Positions 51,906 through 64,000 of a stretch of 64,000 nucleotides of DNA are shown here, piece after piece. The first letter of the stretch is position 1. Every line of letters starts with the position of its first letter. Below the pieces are notes generated by a model. That model saw only the letters and a list, made by a program, of their open reading frames with translations, was not told the origin of the DNA and did no database searches. The DNA comes from Octopus vulgaris (lineage: Eukaryota), in assembly GCA_951406725.2 (NCBI GenBank), contig OX597814.1, positions 197,780,001-197,844,000 on the forward strand, read 5' to 3'. Both the position numbers and the translations under genes were made by a program.

Positions 51906-52358
51906 CTTGAGTCAGCTCCGATTTGAAGATATCTCCCTTTCTCCATCTCACCAGTCTTGGACACTCTACAAAGAGTGATAGACACCATCTATTTGAAGTA
52001 CAAATTCGGTCCATTTGACAGGTTTCTACATGGTTTTCCATCAACTAAATTCCAATCCCAAGTCAAGAGCAGGCTTAAGGCTGCTGTAAAAGACACTTCT
52101 TTTTCAAGGTTCCACACATTGCAATCGATTCTGAGACGTTATGCTTACGCAGCGAAATTCTCGGTCGCTTGTTCGACCCTGCGGCCATGTATAGAGTGAA
52201 TGACGCACAGAGGCGCTCGTGCACCTTCACGCATACTCCACTGTTCTCACACGTGTGTGCATTTATGTACACCTGAAGACATATTTACACACGGGCACAT
52301 ACACAAGCGTATACATATAAGCACACTTACAAACACATAAACACACACTCTTCCTTGT

Positions 52359-52422
<64 letters not shown>

Positions 52423-52450
52423 CTTATTATTTTGTGTGTATATATATTCT

Positions 52451-52712
52451 AGGCGCAGGAGTGGCTGTATGGTAAGTAGCTTACTTCCCAACTACATGGT
52501 TCCGGGTTCCGATCCACTACCTGGCACCTTAGGCAAGTGTCTTTTACTATAGCCTCGGACCAACCATAGCCTTGTGAGTAGATTTGGTAGACGGAAACTG
52601 AAAGATGCCCATCTTAGTATCCTTAATGTAGTTGTCGGAGAGATTCAGAGTGACACTGTGTGTGACAAGGCTGGCCCTTTGAAATATATATATATATATA
52701 TATATGTATGTA

Positions 52713-52745
<33 letters not shown>

Positions 52746-52970
52746 ATGTATGTATGTATGTATGTATATATGTATGTATGTATATATGTATGTCTATATA
52801 TGTATGTATGTATACATATATACATATATATATGTATGTATACATATATACATATATATATATGTATGTATACATATATACATATATATATATGTATGTA
52901 TACATATATGTGTGTGTGTTTGTCCCCCAACCGTCGCTTGACAACCGATGTTGGTGTGTCTACGTCCTCG
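52451..52970 (+). mobile_element. SINE family B interrupted by an inverted family C fragment (~52615-52685) and a microsatellite
   Basis: Homology to both families. Confidence 0.75.
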
Positions 52971-53739
52971 TAATTCAATCGTGTGCCGAATGCCCTAACC
53001 ACTAAGCCACGCGCATTCATATATATACATATATACTTATATATATATGCATGTGCATATATATGTATGTGTATATCATTGGAATACACAGCAAGATTGA
53101 GATGCAGCAGGAGGAAAAGCAATTATGTCACGAAACTGATGACCACGCATATACACACTACTTCTGTGTGTGTTTGAGTATATGTGTGTGTATATATGCG
53201 TGTGTTTGTCTGTGTGTTTTAAATTTGTGAAGCATCAACGATAAAAACAATTGTGTCAACAAAGTAATGCGAAGATAATCTGTCAGATAGATTATCAGAT
53301 AAAATAGTTACATTTTGTTCCGTGTTGTGTTCTCTGCTGACCATGACTGTCAAGTAGCTAACTTTCCTGATCACATTACAAGCTGACGAAGCCTGTGGCC
53401 AAAGCAATTTATTCGTATATCTTTACGCTGAACTAGCTATAATATATGAATGAAAAAGGTAGAACACAGGTTTGCCAAATAGAAATAAACATGCATAACA
53501 TACTGAGACATGCTGAATGCCTTTATCAGACGTCGATCAAACATCATTACAATTTCGACACAATCCAGCAATAGTTTTTTTCGGTTTGGCAGTGGGATAT
53601 AATCTAACGGATAAGATAGATGAACAGAGACGGAAGAAATTGAGATAAGGAGAGTGGACTACTTAGCAAAATACATGTCGTAGGAAGACAAGGAAAAATA
53701 TTTTAATATAGAACATTATAATTATTTTTTCCTCTTTTA

Positions 53740-53970
53740 GCTTTCGCTTGTTTCAGTCATTGAACGCGGCCATGTTGGGGCACCCCTTTGAAGGATCGAC
53801 TCCCAGTAGTTTTTAACCCGACACTTATTCTATCGGATTCTTTAGCTGAACTGCTACATTATGGGGATGTAAACACACCAACAAGAAGTAGTTGGGTGAC
53901 AAACGCAAATACATACATACATATACGATGGGCTTCTTTCAGTTTCCGTCTTCCAAATCCACTCAAAAGA
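53740..53970 (-). mobile_element. SINE family B, diverged
   Basis: Homology to other family B copies. Confidence 0.7.
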
Positions 53971-54029
53971 CTTTGCCCATAGTTGCACTACAGTGAAATA
54001 TCATAATATAGAATATTATGCTATAGAAT

Positions 54030-54397
54030 CGTGGCACTCCGTCGGTTACGACGACGAGGGTTCCAATTGATCCGATCAATGGAACAGCCTGCTCGTGAAA
54101 TTAACGTGCAAGGGGCTGAGCACTCTACAGACACGTGTACCCTAAACGTAGTTCATGGGGGAGATTCAGCGTGACGCAGATTGTGACAAGGCTGGCCCTT
54201 TGAAATACAAGTACAACAGAATCAGGAAGGTAGAGCGAGAGGAAGTTGTGATGAAAGAGTACAGCAGGGTTCGCCAGCACCCACTGATTGAGCCTCGTGG
54301 AGCTTTAGGTGTTTACGCTCAATAAACAATCACAGCGCCCGGTCTGGGAATCGAAACTGCGATCCCACGACCTAACCACTGGGTCATTGCGCCTCCA
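54030..54397 (-). mobile_element. SINE family C
   Basis: Full-length homology. Confidence 0.88.
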
Positions 54398-54689
54398 TTG
54401 CTGTAGAATAGTATAAAATAGAATGTTATAATACAGAAATTTGCATAATGATAATAAAAAATGCTGAGAAATATAAACGGTAATTATGTTACTTCTAAAA
54501 AACCTCAAGAGCTATTTCAAATCTTGTACAGCTTATAGTTCCATAACACGTTTATCTTTTTTGGCAAAGTTCGAAGTAAAACCATAGAAGAGGACACAGA
54601 CTATTTTAAAGTACATAGCGTGTGTACATTAAAAGTACATAAAGGTCACAGTTCGGTTTGACTAAACCGCAGTTCGTATTGCGGCTTTT

Positions 54690-55412
54690 GACTGCTGCTG
54701 TAGCTGCTGCTTTTGCCACTGCTGCTCTCATTTCAGATGCAGTTGGTTTGTCTGCTGCTCTCACTGTTGTGACAGTTGATTCCGCTGCTGTTTCTTTCAC
54801 TGCTGTTGCAGTTGATACCAACTGCTGCTGCTCTCACTGTTATTGCAGTTGATTCTACTGCTACTGCCTCTCTCAGTGCTGTTGCAGTTGATCCTACTGC
54901 TGCTGCCTGTCTCGTTGCTGTTGCAGTTGATTCTACTGCTGCTGCTCTCACTGTTATTGCAGTTGATTCTACTGCAGCTGCTCTCTCATTGCTGTTGCAG
55001 TTGATTCTACTGCAGCTGCTCTCTCATTGCTATTGCAGTTGATTCTACTGCAGCTGCTCTCTCATTGCTGTTGCAGTTGATTCTACTGCAGCTGCTCTCT
55101 CATTGCTGTTGCAGTTGATTCTACTGCAGCTGCTCTCTCATTGCTGTTGCAGTTGATTCTACTGCTGCTGCATCTCTCAGTGCTATTGCAGTTGATTCTA
55201 CTGCTACTGCTCTCACTGTTATTGCAGTTGATTCTACTGCTGCTGCATCTCTCAGTGCTATTGCAGTTGATTCTACTGCTACTGCTCTCACTGTTATTGC
55301 AGTTGATTCTACTGCCTCTCACTGTTATTGCAGTTGATTCTACTGCTGCTGCCTCTCGCAGTGCTGTTGCAGTTGATTCCGCTGTAACGATTACTTCTCC
55401 AAATGCAGTTGA
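54690..55412. repeat. GCAGTTGATTCTACTGC minisatellite with 36/38/39-bp units
   Basis: Unit starts at 54845, 54884, 54923, 54959, 54997, 55035, 55073, 55111, 55149, 55188, 55224, 55263, 55299, 55330 and 55369. Confidence 0.92.
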
Positions 55413-56094
55413 TTTTTTTTATATTTCTGCTTCTAACCGATGACGCATTTGATTCTGCGACTGCCTCAGTCTACATTAATTTTGATGCTGATGCTGATAC
55501 TGCCACAGCTGATGGTATTTCAATTGATGGTGGGGGGAGGAATGTGAAGAGAACGAAGAAAAAAAGGTGAGGAGGGGAAAATTTCTGAAACGTGATTGTC
55601 ATAAAGATGAAAAGGTATGATGGCAGTGTGTGTGAGAGATAGATGTTCAATCTAATTCAATACGGTTGTTGTAAATCAATATCAACAAATAATTATAAAA
55701 AATACGAACGAAGTAAATAAAAAAAACTACTGTTTATTCCACAAAACGCAAGAAATATAAATGAACGCATCAAACTATACTGAGCCATGACCATCACAAA
55801 CGAACGGCAAGCTTTTACTGATTTGCAGCCTGGTATGTTTTTTTGTTGTTTCATCGCCTGAAGAGAAATAGTCTTCCGTTGTCAGAATCGATACAGTTGG
55901 TCCTTTGTGGTTTTGTTCCTCCTGGGTTCTAAGTTCAAATTCTGACCAGGGTCATACTTCCGTTGGCCGCTAAATACAAACTTCCAGTCAAGCATTTAAG
56001 ACGATATAATTAATTCTAGACCACCGCCAAAATTTGTGTTGTTGGACCTAAGTTTATTATTATCATCATTATTATTATTATTAATATTATTAAA

Positions 56095-56910
56095 GCTAGC
56101 AGAAACGTTAGCTCGCTGGGCGACATGCTTAGCGGGTATTTCGTCTGCCGCTACGTTCAGAGTTCAAATTCCGCCGAGGTCGACTTTGCCTTTCATCCTT
56201 TCAGGCTCGATAAATTAAGTACCAGTTACGCACTGGGGAAGATATAATCGACTTAATCCGTTTGTCTGTCCTTGTTTGTCCTCTCTGTGTTTCGCCCCTT
56301 GTGGATAGTAAAGAAATAGGTATTTCGTCTGCCGCTACGTTCTGAGTTCAAATTCGGCCGAGGTCGACTTTGCCTTAATCCCTTTCGGGGTCAATAAATT
56401 ATGTACCAGTTACGCACTGGGGTCGATATAATCGACTTAATCCGTTTGTCTGTCCTTGTTTGTCTCTTCTGTGTTTAGCCCCTTGTGGATAGTAAAGAAA
56501 AAGGTATTTCGTCTGCCGCTACGTTCTGAGTTCAAATTCGGCCGAGGTCGACTTTGCCTTTCTCCCTTTCGGGGTCAATAAATTAAGTACCAGTTACGCA
56601 CTGGCGTCGATATAATCGACTTAATCCGTTTGTCTGTCCTTGTTTGTCCTCTCTGTGTTTCGCCCCTTGTGGATAGTAAAGAAATAGGTATTTCGTCTGC
56701 CGCTACGTTCTGAGTTCAAATTCGGCCGAGGTCGACTTTGCCTTAATCCCTTTCGGGGTCAATAAATTAAGTACCAGTTACGCACTGGGGTCGATATAAT
56801 CGACTTAATCCGTTTGTCTGTCCTTGTTTGTCCTCTCTGTGTTTAGCCACTTGTGGATAGTAAAAAAATAGGTATTTCGTCTGCCGTTACATTCTGTGGG
56901 CAATAAGAAA
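56095..56910 (+). mobile_element. SINE family A tandem array (4 units of ~188 bp plus the start of a fifth)
   Basis: Repeated junction GTAAAGAAATAGG|TATTTCGTCTGCCG. Confidence 0.92.
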
Positions 56911-57469
56911 TACCTCCTTTATACGTATATATATATATATATATATATATACGACAGGCTTCTTTCAGTTTGTATGTGTGTAGTACACATTGTGTACTTA
57001 AAAATATGCATATGTATGTCTGTGTGTTAAATTAAGGTTGTTATTTTAAATTTAGCTTCAAAAATAACACTTTCTGGCGTGGTGATTCGATACTGAAACT
57101 GGAGCCTAACCTAATATAATGTTCAAGTCGACTGGGACTTCGAATTACGCCAAACAGCTTGTTCAGTCAGTCACTAATGGAATAATCTGTCAAGCGAAAT
57201 TTATAGCTCCACTCAACTCGAGCATTACAATGCAGACACACACACACACATACAAACACAGATGCACATGCATATACACAAATACAGGTACATAACATGC
57301 ACACGCACACACAGGAAGAGCGTTCTTTGTTCATGTAGCGACCTTGGACTCATCTGTAGCGTTTATGGTTTCATATGACAGGGTTGGAGAGGAGGGGCTC
57401 TGTTCGTGATGAGAAAAAGATTGATTGATTAATCGATTGATTGATTGATTGATTAACTAACTGATTGAT

Positions 57470-57945
57470 TGATTGATGGTGGCGGTAGTGGTGGTGGTGC
57501 TGACGAAGGCGACTATCGTAATTATGACGACAGGGCGATGCTGATGATGATGATGATGATGACGACTCATGATAATGTCGATGACGACGACGATGATGAT
57601 GATGATGATCACGATGAAGACGACTACGATGATAATGATTATGTTGATGATGATGATGATGACGATAATGATTATGCTGATGATCAGGACGGTGATGACG
57701 ATGAAGACAACGATGTTGAGGAGGAGAAGGAGGATTATGACCATGGGAATAACGATGGTGATGACGAAGATGCGGTTGACGCTGACGACGGCGATGAGGA
57801 CGTTGACAACGATGTCAATGACGATGATGACGACGGTGACGACGGCGGCGACGATGATGATGATGATGCTGATGATTATGATCATGACGACGATGATCAT
57901 GAAGTCCAAGACGATGGCGACGGCGGCGCGCGGCAATGGCGAAGA
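57470..57945. repeat. Degenerate (GAT/GAC)n low-complexity tract
   Basis: Directly visible. Confidence 0.85.
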
Positions 57946-58201
57946 TAATGCCTACAAGAAGATGGTAGAGGACGGGCTTAAACAAGGAGAGGGAAGGAAG
58001 CTGTGTGCTGAAAGAAGAATAAGAGAGGGATGGAAATAATTGTGTCTGATACTAAATTTCAAAATAATGGCAGTCTTTTCCTTTTGTATTCGTTTATTCG
58101 TTCGTTCTTTTATTCCATTACTTTGCTTCCAATTACCGAATGTCTTAGTAAGAGGACTAAATCATTGATTCTGACTTCTTTCTGTTCCACTTTGAACACT
58201 G

Positions 58202-58253
<52 letters not shown>

Positions 58254-58494
58254 CATATATAGATGTATGCATTCGTATATACAGAAATACACGCATATAT
58301 ACACACAGCACATATATATATATACACAAAGTGTGTGTGTGTGTGAGTATATATATATATAGATACATATATATGCATATAGGCAGATATATATATATTT
58401 ATATATACGCACATATATATACATGTAACATGCATATATATGTACATATATATATATACATATGTTCATAAGTTTATATAAATGGGCAAATTCA

Positions 58495-58541
<47 letters not shown>

Positions 58542-58544
58542 GCA

Positions 58545-58590
58545 TGCATATACGTTAATACATGCATATATATACGCATATACGTTAATG

Positions 58591-58622
<32 letters not shown>

Positions 58623-59225
58623 GTATATGCATATACGTTAATATATATATATACATATACGTTAATATATATACGTGTTTATATATATATACATATACGT
58701 TAATATATATACGTGTTTATATATATATACACATATACGTTAATATATATACGTGTATATATATATATACGTTAATATATATACGTGTATATATATATAT
58801 ATATCGTTAATATATATACGTGTATATATATATATATACGTTAATATATATACGTGTATATATATATACGTTAATATATATACGTGTATATATATATATA
58901 CGTTAATATATATACGTGTATATATATATATATATATATATACAAATACACATATGCATATACGTTAATATATATATATACATATACGTTAATATATATA
59001 CGTGTATATATATATATATACACACATATACGTTAATATATATACGTGTATATATATATATACACATATACGTTAATATATATACGTGTATATATATATA
59101 CACATATACGTTAATATATATACGTGTATATATATATATACACATACGTTAATATATATACGTGTATATATATATATATATACACATATACGTTAATATA
59201 TATACGTGTATATATATATATATAC
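58545..59225. repeat. (TA)-based minisatellite with recurrent TACGTTAATATATATACGTG units
   Basis: Directly visible. Confidence 0.9.
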
Positions 59226-59634
59226 ATATATGTACACACATATATATATACACATATGTATGCATGTATGTATGCATGGGTAAATCATTACTATCTGAGT
59301 AGTTTCACTTGGCCCTTTAAATATTGCTACTTCACTTAACTGAGTCCACTTAGACATAAATCAATAAGGCAAAATGTTAATTACATTGTTCTGTAGACGT
59401 TTCCCCATTTTCGTCGACGTTCTTCTTACGGTTGATACACAAGTATGTACGTATAGGTGTGCGTGTGTGTGTGTTCACGTACGTATACATATATCTATGT
59501 AAACAGATGTATAAGTATCATGGATAGACAAGATAGATAGACAGATAGATAAGATAGTTAGATAAGATAGAAAGATAGATAAGATAGATAGATATAGATA
59601 GATAAGATAGATAAGATAAGATAGATATTCTTTT

Positions 59635-60040
59635 TTGTTTTTTACTTGTTTCAGTCATTTGATCGCGACCATGCTGGAGTAGCACTTTAAAGATGTTAGT
59701 CGAACAAATCAACCCTAGAATTAATTCTTTGTAAGCCTGGTACTTACTCTATCGGTCTCTTTCGCCGAACCGCTATGTTACGGGGATATAAACACACCAG
59801 CATTGGTTGTGATGGCGATGGCGGGGTGACAAACACAGACACACACACAAATATAATCACATATATATAATCAAATATATATACGACGGTATTCTTCCAG
59901 TTTCCATCTACCAAATCCACTCACAAGGTTTTGGTCAGCCCGAGAGGCTATAGCAGAAGTCAATTGCTCAAGGTGTCACACGGTGGGACTGAACCTAGAA
60001 CCATGGGGCTGGAAAGCAAACTTCTTACCACACAGGCACG
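59635..60040 (-). mobile_element. SINE family B
   Basis: Full-length homology. Confidence 0.85.
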
Positions 60041-60158
60041 CTTTGCATAGCTATATGTAAATACATATATTAGATCCTATTTGAAAAGATAGTTCGACAG
60101 ACACTCAGACAAATAGATACATATATATATACATCTATGCATGCTTACAAATATACAC

Positions 60159-60204
<46 letters not shown>

Positions 60205-60205
60205 G

Positions 60206-60302
<97 letters not shown>

Positions 60303-60313
60303 GAGTAGATAAG

Positions 60314-60404
<91 letters not shown>

Positions 60405-60422
60405 GTAGACAGATAGATAGAT
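60159..60422. repeat. (GATA)n
   Basis: Directly visible. Confidence 0.97.
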
Positions 60423-61199
60423 CTTTTACGACCTACATCTAATTTATTTATAATTGACTTTGGAAACCTTGTCGTCACTCTAACAATTATGCTTTGGGGA
60501 TTTACTCGACAGCAAATTGTTGAAATCTTCATTTATTCATTATAACAATAGCTCTTACTGTCCAAAATTGACAGATAATATCGCTGTCGGGTAATTGGAG
60601 AACCGTTTGATGTTTTCTGTCTCCCCTCCTACTTTAACCCGGCTGCACTAGTTGGAATCCACCTAAAGGAACGAAATATTATTTCATAACATTATCATTC
60701 TTCCATCAATTGGTAATCACTACAAATCCTTCGTCTCTTTTTATAAGTGTGTTTGTGTGTATATATATATATGTACGTGTGAGTATGCAAGCGTATAAAT
60801 ATATGTCTGTATGTGGGTGTGTGTGTAATATGTTATATATATATACATGTATATAATATATATTTATGTATATATGTATGTATTTATGTATTCTTGCCTC
60901 TCACTAATCGAGTATGATTTTGTAACAGAAGAGGTGTTTTATATACATAAATACAGGTACACTTATGTACATAGATGAATACATAGATACACAGATGCAT
61001 GCGTGTGTGCGTGTACATATATATATAGTATAAATTAAGTACATAAAACATATATGGTATCTTACATATGTATATAATTTTATGAAGCATACACGAGTTT
61101 CGGCAAATTACTATCAAGATTGCATAATTGTTTGCTGAAACATTTTATTATTACCTCTTCTGTATCTAGCAAAATATGGTGAAAAAACTCGGCGACGAC

Positions 61200-61895
61200 T
61201 TGCTCTTTCTTGTGACTGTAAACCAAAAGTGCTGTCATAACCCTGACCGTATGGAATATTGCGGAATATTTTTGACAGACCATGGGTATTAAGCTATTGC
61301 ATTCTTCCTCGTTAGTACTTGTTTTTCAGGTAATTCGACTGTAAAATTCATACCTTTCTTTATAGCCTACAACCATTGTTTGCAGTCGATCGTTATCTTC
61401 TGCTGTGAATCACAATTAGGCCACCCGTTTTATTGAGTTGCTTGATGGCAAATTTACAATAGAGTTTCGCGTGTCTACATTGACAGCTTCATATTCCAGC
61501 TTAATGTAGAGCACAACCACAGAGTTCTTACTGTTCTTTATATGGATCATGTGCCGAACACAATACAACTGTAATATAACCTCAACACTAGTATTTACAT
61601 CCAGCAGAATATATTGGCTGGAAGTATGGCCTTGCCAAGAAATATTCATTATAGATCGTAGCTGTGACAACTAAGTATTAGATAACTTTTTGTTATGCCG
61701 ATGATAATGACAAAATATTACTGTTGCATGGTACACTTCGCATTTTGTTGACAGCCTTATGGTTTATTGATTCTGCAGTAGATCGATCGTTCGCTTTTTT
61801 GCTTGTTTTTTCTTCAGAAATCGCCAGCATCTGAGTTATGAGGTGATTCACCTCGGCATCCATGTTATTAACGTTAGAAATTCTACTGCCCAAAA
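61200..61895 (-). mobile_element. Decayed RTE-clade (BovB-like) LINE 3' remnant
   Basis: Minus-strand peptides LGSRIS..MDAEVNHLI and QLRSIMNISWQ..SVEVIL..RHMIHI..VLYIKL resemble the RTE post-RT region. Confidence 0.55.
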
Positions 61896-62149
61896 TGAGA
61901 ATTATACATGTATGCTGGGGGTACTGTTTTGAAGATTTTAGTCGAACAAATCGACTCCAGTTCATACTTTTTACGTCTGGTTCTTGTTTGATTAATCTCT
62001 TTTGCCAAACAACTAAAAGTTACGAGGGACATAAACAAACCAATAATGTCAAGCTGAGGTGCAGGACTAACACAAAGATACACACGCATACATACACATT
62101 CATATATACACACACACACACGTGTGTGTGTGCATGTATATATATGAGG

Positions 62150-62472
62150 AGACCCCTTCGGTCATGAATGACCATAAGATTGCACCTAGAAAGTTACCTT
62201 CCGAAGCACAAGTCCGAGCAAGGTTGTTTATGGAAGGCCAGCAGTCGCCCATGCATACCGGCCTCCTCTCTCCACGCCACCAGTGTTATCCAAGGAAAAG
62301 GCAAGGGCCGATACAGCTTGGTACCTGTGATGTCGCAACTCATTTCTACAGCTCAGTTAACTGGAGCAACGTGAAATAAGTGTCTTGCTCAAGAACACAA
62401 TACACAGCCCGGTCAGGGAATCGAACTCACAACCTCACGATCGTAAGCTCGACGCTCTAACAACTGAGCCAT
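62150..62472 (-). mobile_element. SINE family D
   Basis: Homology to 9129-9437; tRNA-like head. Confidence 0.85.
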
Positions 62473-62576
62473 GGTGTGTGTGTATGTATATATACTACAG
62501 ACTTTCACACAGCTTGCGTCTGCCAGATCCACTCTATAAGCATTGATCGGTCCAACACATTAAGAGACACCCTAAA

Positions 62577-62778
62577 GTGGGGAGCTGGCAGAATCGTTAG
62601 CCCGCGGGCTTAGCGGCATTTCGTTCGCCTTCACATTCTGCGTTCACATTCCTCCGAGGTCGACCCTTTGTCTTTCTTCCTTTCGGGGTCGATAAAATAA
62701 GCACCAATTGGACCCTGGGGTCGATATAGTCAATTTCCTCCTCTAAAATTGGTAACCTTGTACCAAAGTTCGAAACCA
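62577..62778 (+). mobile_element. SINE family A, diverged
   Basis: Homology to other family A copies. Confidence 0.75.
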
Positions 62779-63280
62779 TTATTGAAAGACACTGGTTCAT
62801 GGTGCCGCGGAGTGGGGCTGAACCCATACGGTTGTAAAGCGATCTTTTTAACACAGTCACGAAAAAACAAAGGGAAGAATTTGACTGTATTTACTCCTTT
62901 CCTTGATTCCAAGCTTTCCATTTTGTAAGGAAACACTTAAATTCTTGAATCCTTTTTTTTAACCAGTCAAGATAAGTAAAATACAATTTCATTTCTCAAT
63001 AACACTTCTTGATTTAATAAAATAATTTTGTGTGAAAAATAGAATGGAATTTCGTTGCAAATATAGATAAACCAGTATCTCTTTCCTGTGAATATTCTGT
63101 AAAATATCTTTGTTTTACCGAAAATATGACGAGTGCTAAGGTACTGAGTTAGAAAAACTCACTCAGTTAGAAAGCGCTGTAAGAAATAGTTTAAAGCTCT
63201 ATAAATAGATGATAAATATGATGCATGCCAGCAAGTGAGATGATGAAGATATGGTTTCCTTTATTTCGTTTCAGCACAAT

Positions 63281-63512
63281 GAATAATAATATTAATAATA
63301 ATAATAATGACAATAATAATAATAATAATGACAATAATAATAATAATGACAATAATAATAATAATGACAATAATAATAATAATGACAATAATAATAATGA
63401 CAATAATAATAATAATAATGACAATAATAATAATAATGACAATAATAATAATAATGACAATAATAATAATAATAATAATGACAATAATAATAATAATAAT
63501 AATAATAATGAC

Positions 63513-63544
<32 letters not shown>

Positions 63545-64000
63545 CAATAATAATAATAATAATAATAATAATGACAATAATAATAATAATAATAATAATA
63601 ATGACAATAATAATAATAATGACAATAATAATAATAATAATAAATAATAATAATAATAATAATAATGACAATAATAATAATAATAATGACAATAATAATA
63701 ATAATGACAATAATAATAATAATAATAATGACAATAATAATAATAATGACAATAATAATGACAATAATAATAATAATAATAATAATGACAATAATAATAA
63801 TAATAATAATAATGACAATAATAATAATAATAATGACAATAATAATAATAATAATGACAATAATAATAATAATAATAATGACAATAATAATAATAATAAT
63901 GACAATAATAATAATAATAATGACAATAATAATAATGATGACAATAATAATAATGATGACAATAATAATAATGATAATAATAATAATAATGACAATAATA
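63281..64000. repeat. (AAT)n punctuated by GAC, running off the window end
   Basis: Directly visible. Confidence 0.97.

Noticed and set aside
53383-53410. CTGACGA-AGCCTGTGGCC-AAAG hammerhead-like string
   Set aside because: The GAAA box is missing.
54845-55400. CRISPR-like periodic array (also the 3.95-4.3 kb units and the 56-kb array)
   Set aside because: The intervening sequences are similar to each other rather than unique spacers; the context is eukaryotic and no cas genes are present.
57469-57948. 159-aa Asp-rich ORF resembling acidic shell-matrix proteins
   Set aside because: It is a degenerate GAT/GAC repeat open in several frames and on both strands, has no ATG start or signal peptide, and is preceded by (GATT)n.
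10171-59339. Dozens of long YI/HT/CV/MY-rich ORFs
   Set aside because: They are translations of (TA)/(CA)/(TATG) microsatellites that lack stop codons, not genes.
63191-63995. Poly-N and poly-L ORFs
   Set aside because: They come from the (AAT)n/GAC microsatellite.

Overview
This is AT-rich eukaryotic non-coding DNA, very likely from an Octopus (cephalopod) genome, judged from tRNA-headed SINE families I recognise from memory and the extreme microsatellite load. I could not support any host gene exon, and nearly all ORFs in the track are microsatellite artefacts. The window is a mosaic of repeats: four or more SINE families (including head-truncated SINE multimers inside single TSDs), decayed non-LTR fragments (CR1/L2-group, R4/Dong, RTE), mariner/Tc1 and hAT remnants, and non-autonomous Helitron-like elements. 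The most notable system is a set of Penelope-like elements (PLEs) sitting in (TA)n microsatellites. One young copy (3121-4795) has an intact GIY-YIG endonuclease ORF but no RT, a near-perfect 258-bp inverted pseudo-LTR, a CCAAT/CRE array with a TATA box, and a mini-exon with a splice donor. Several 200-330 bp non-coding hairpin or mini-elements (4.8, 17.8 and 40.4 kb) carry minimal hammerhead-ribozyme motifs. Coordinates were read by eye; repeat boundaries are approximate.
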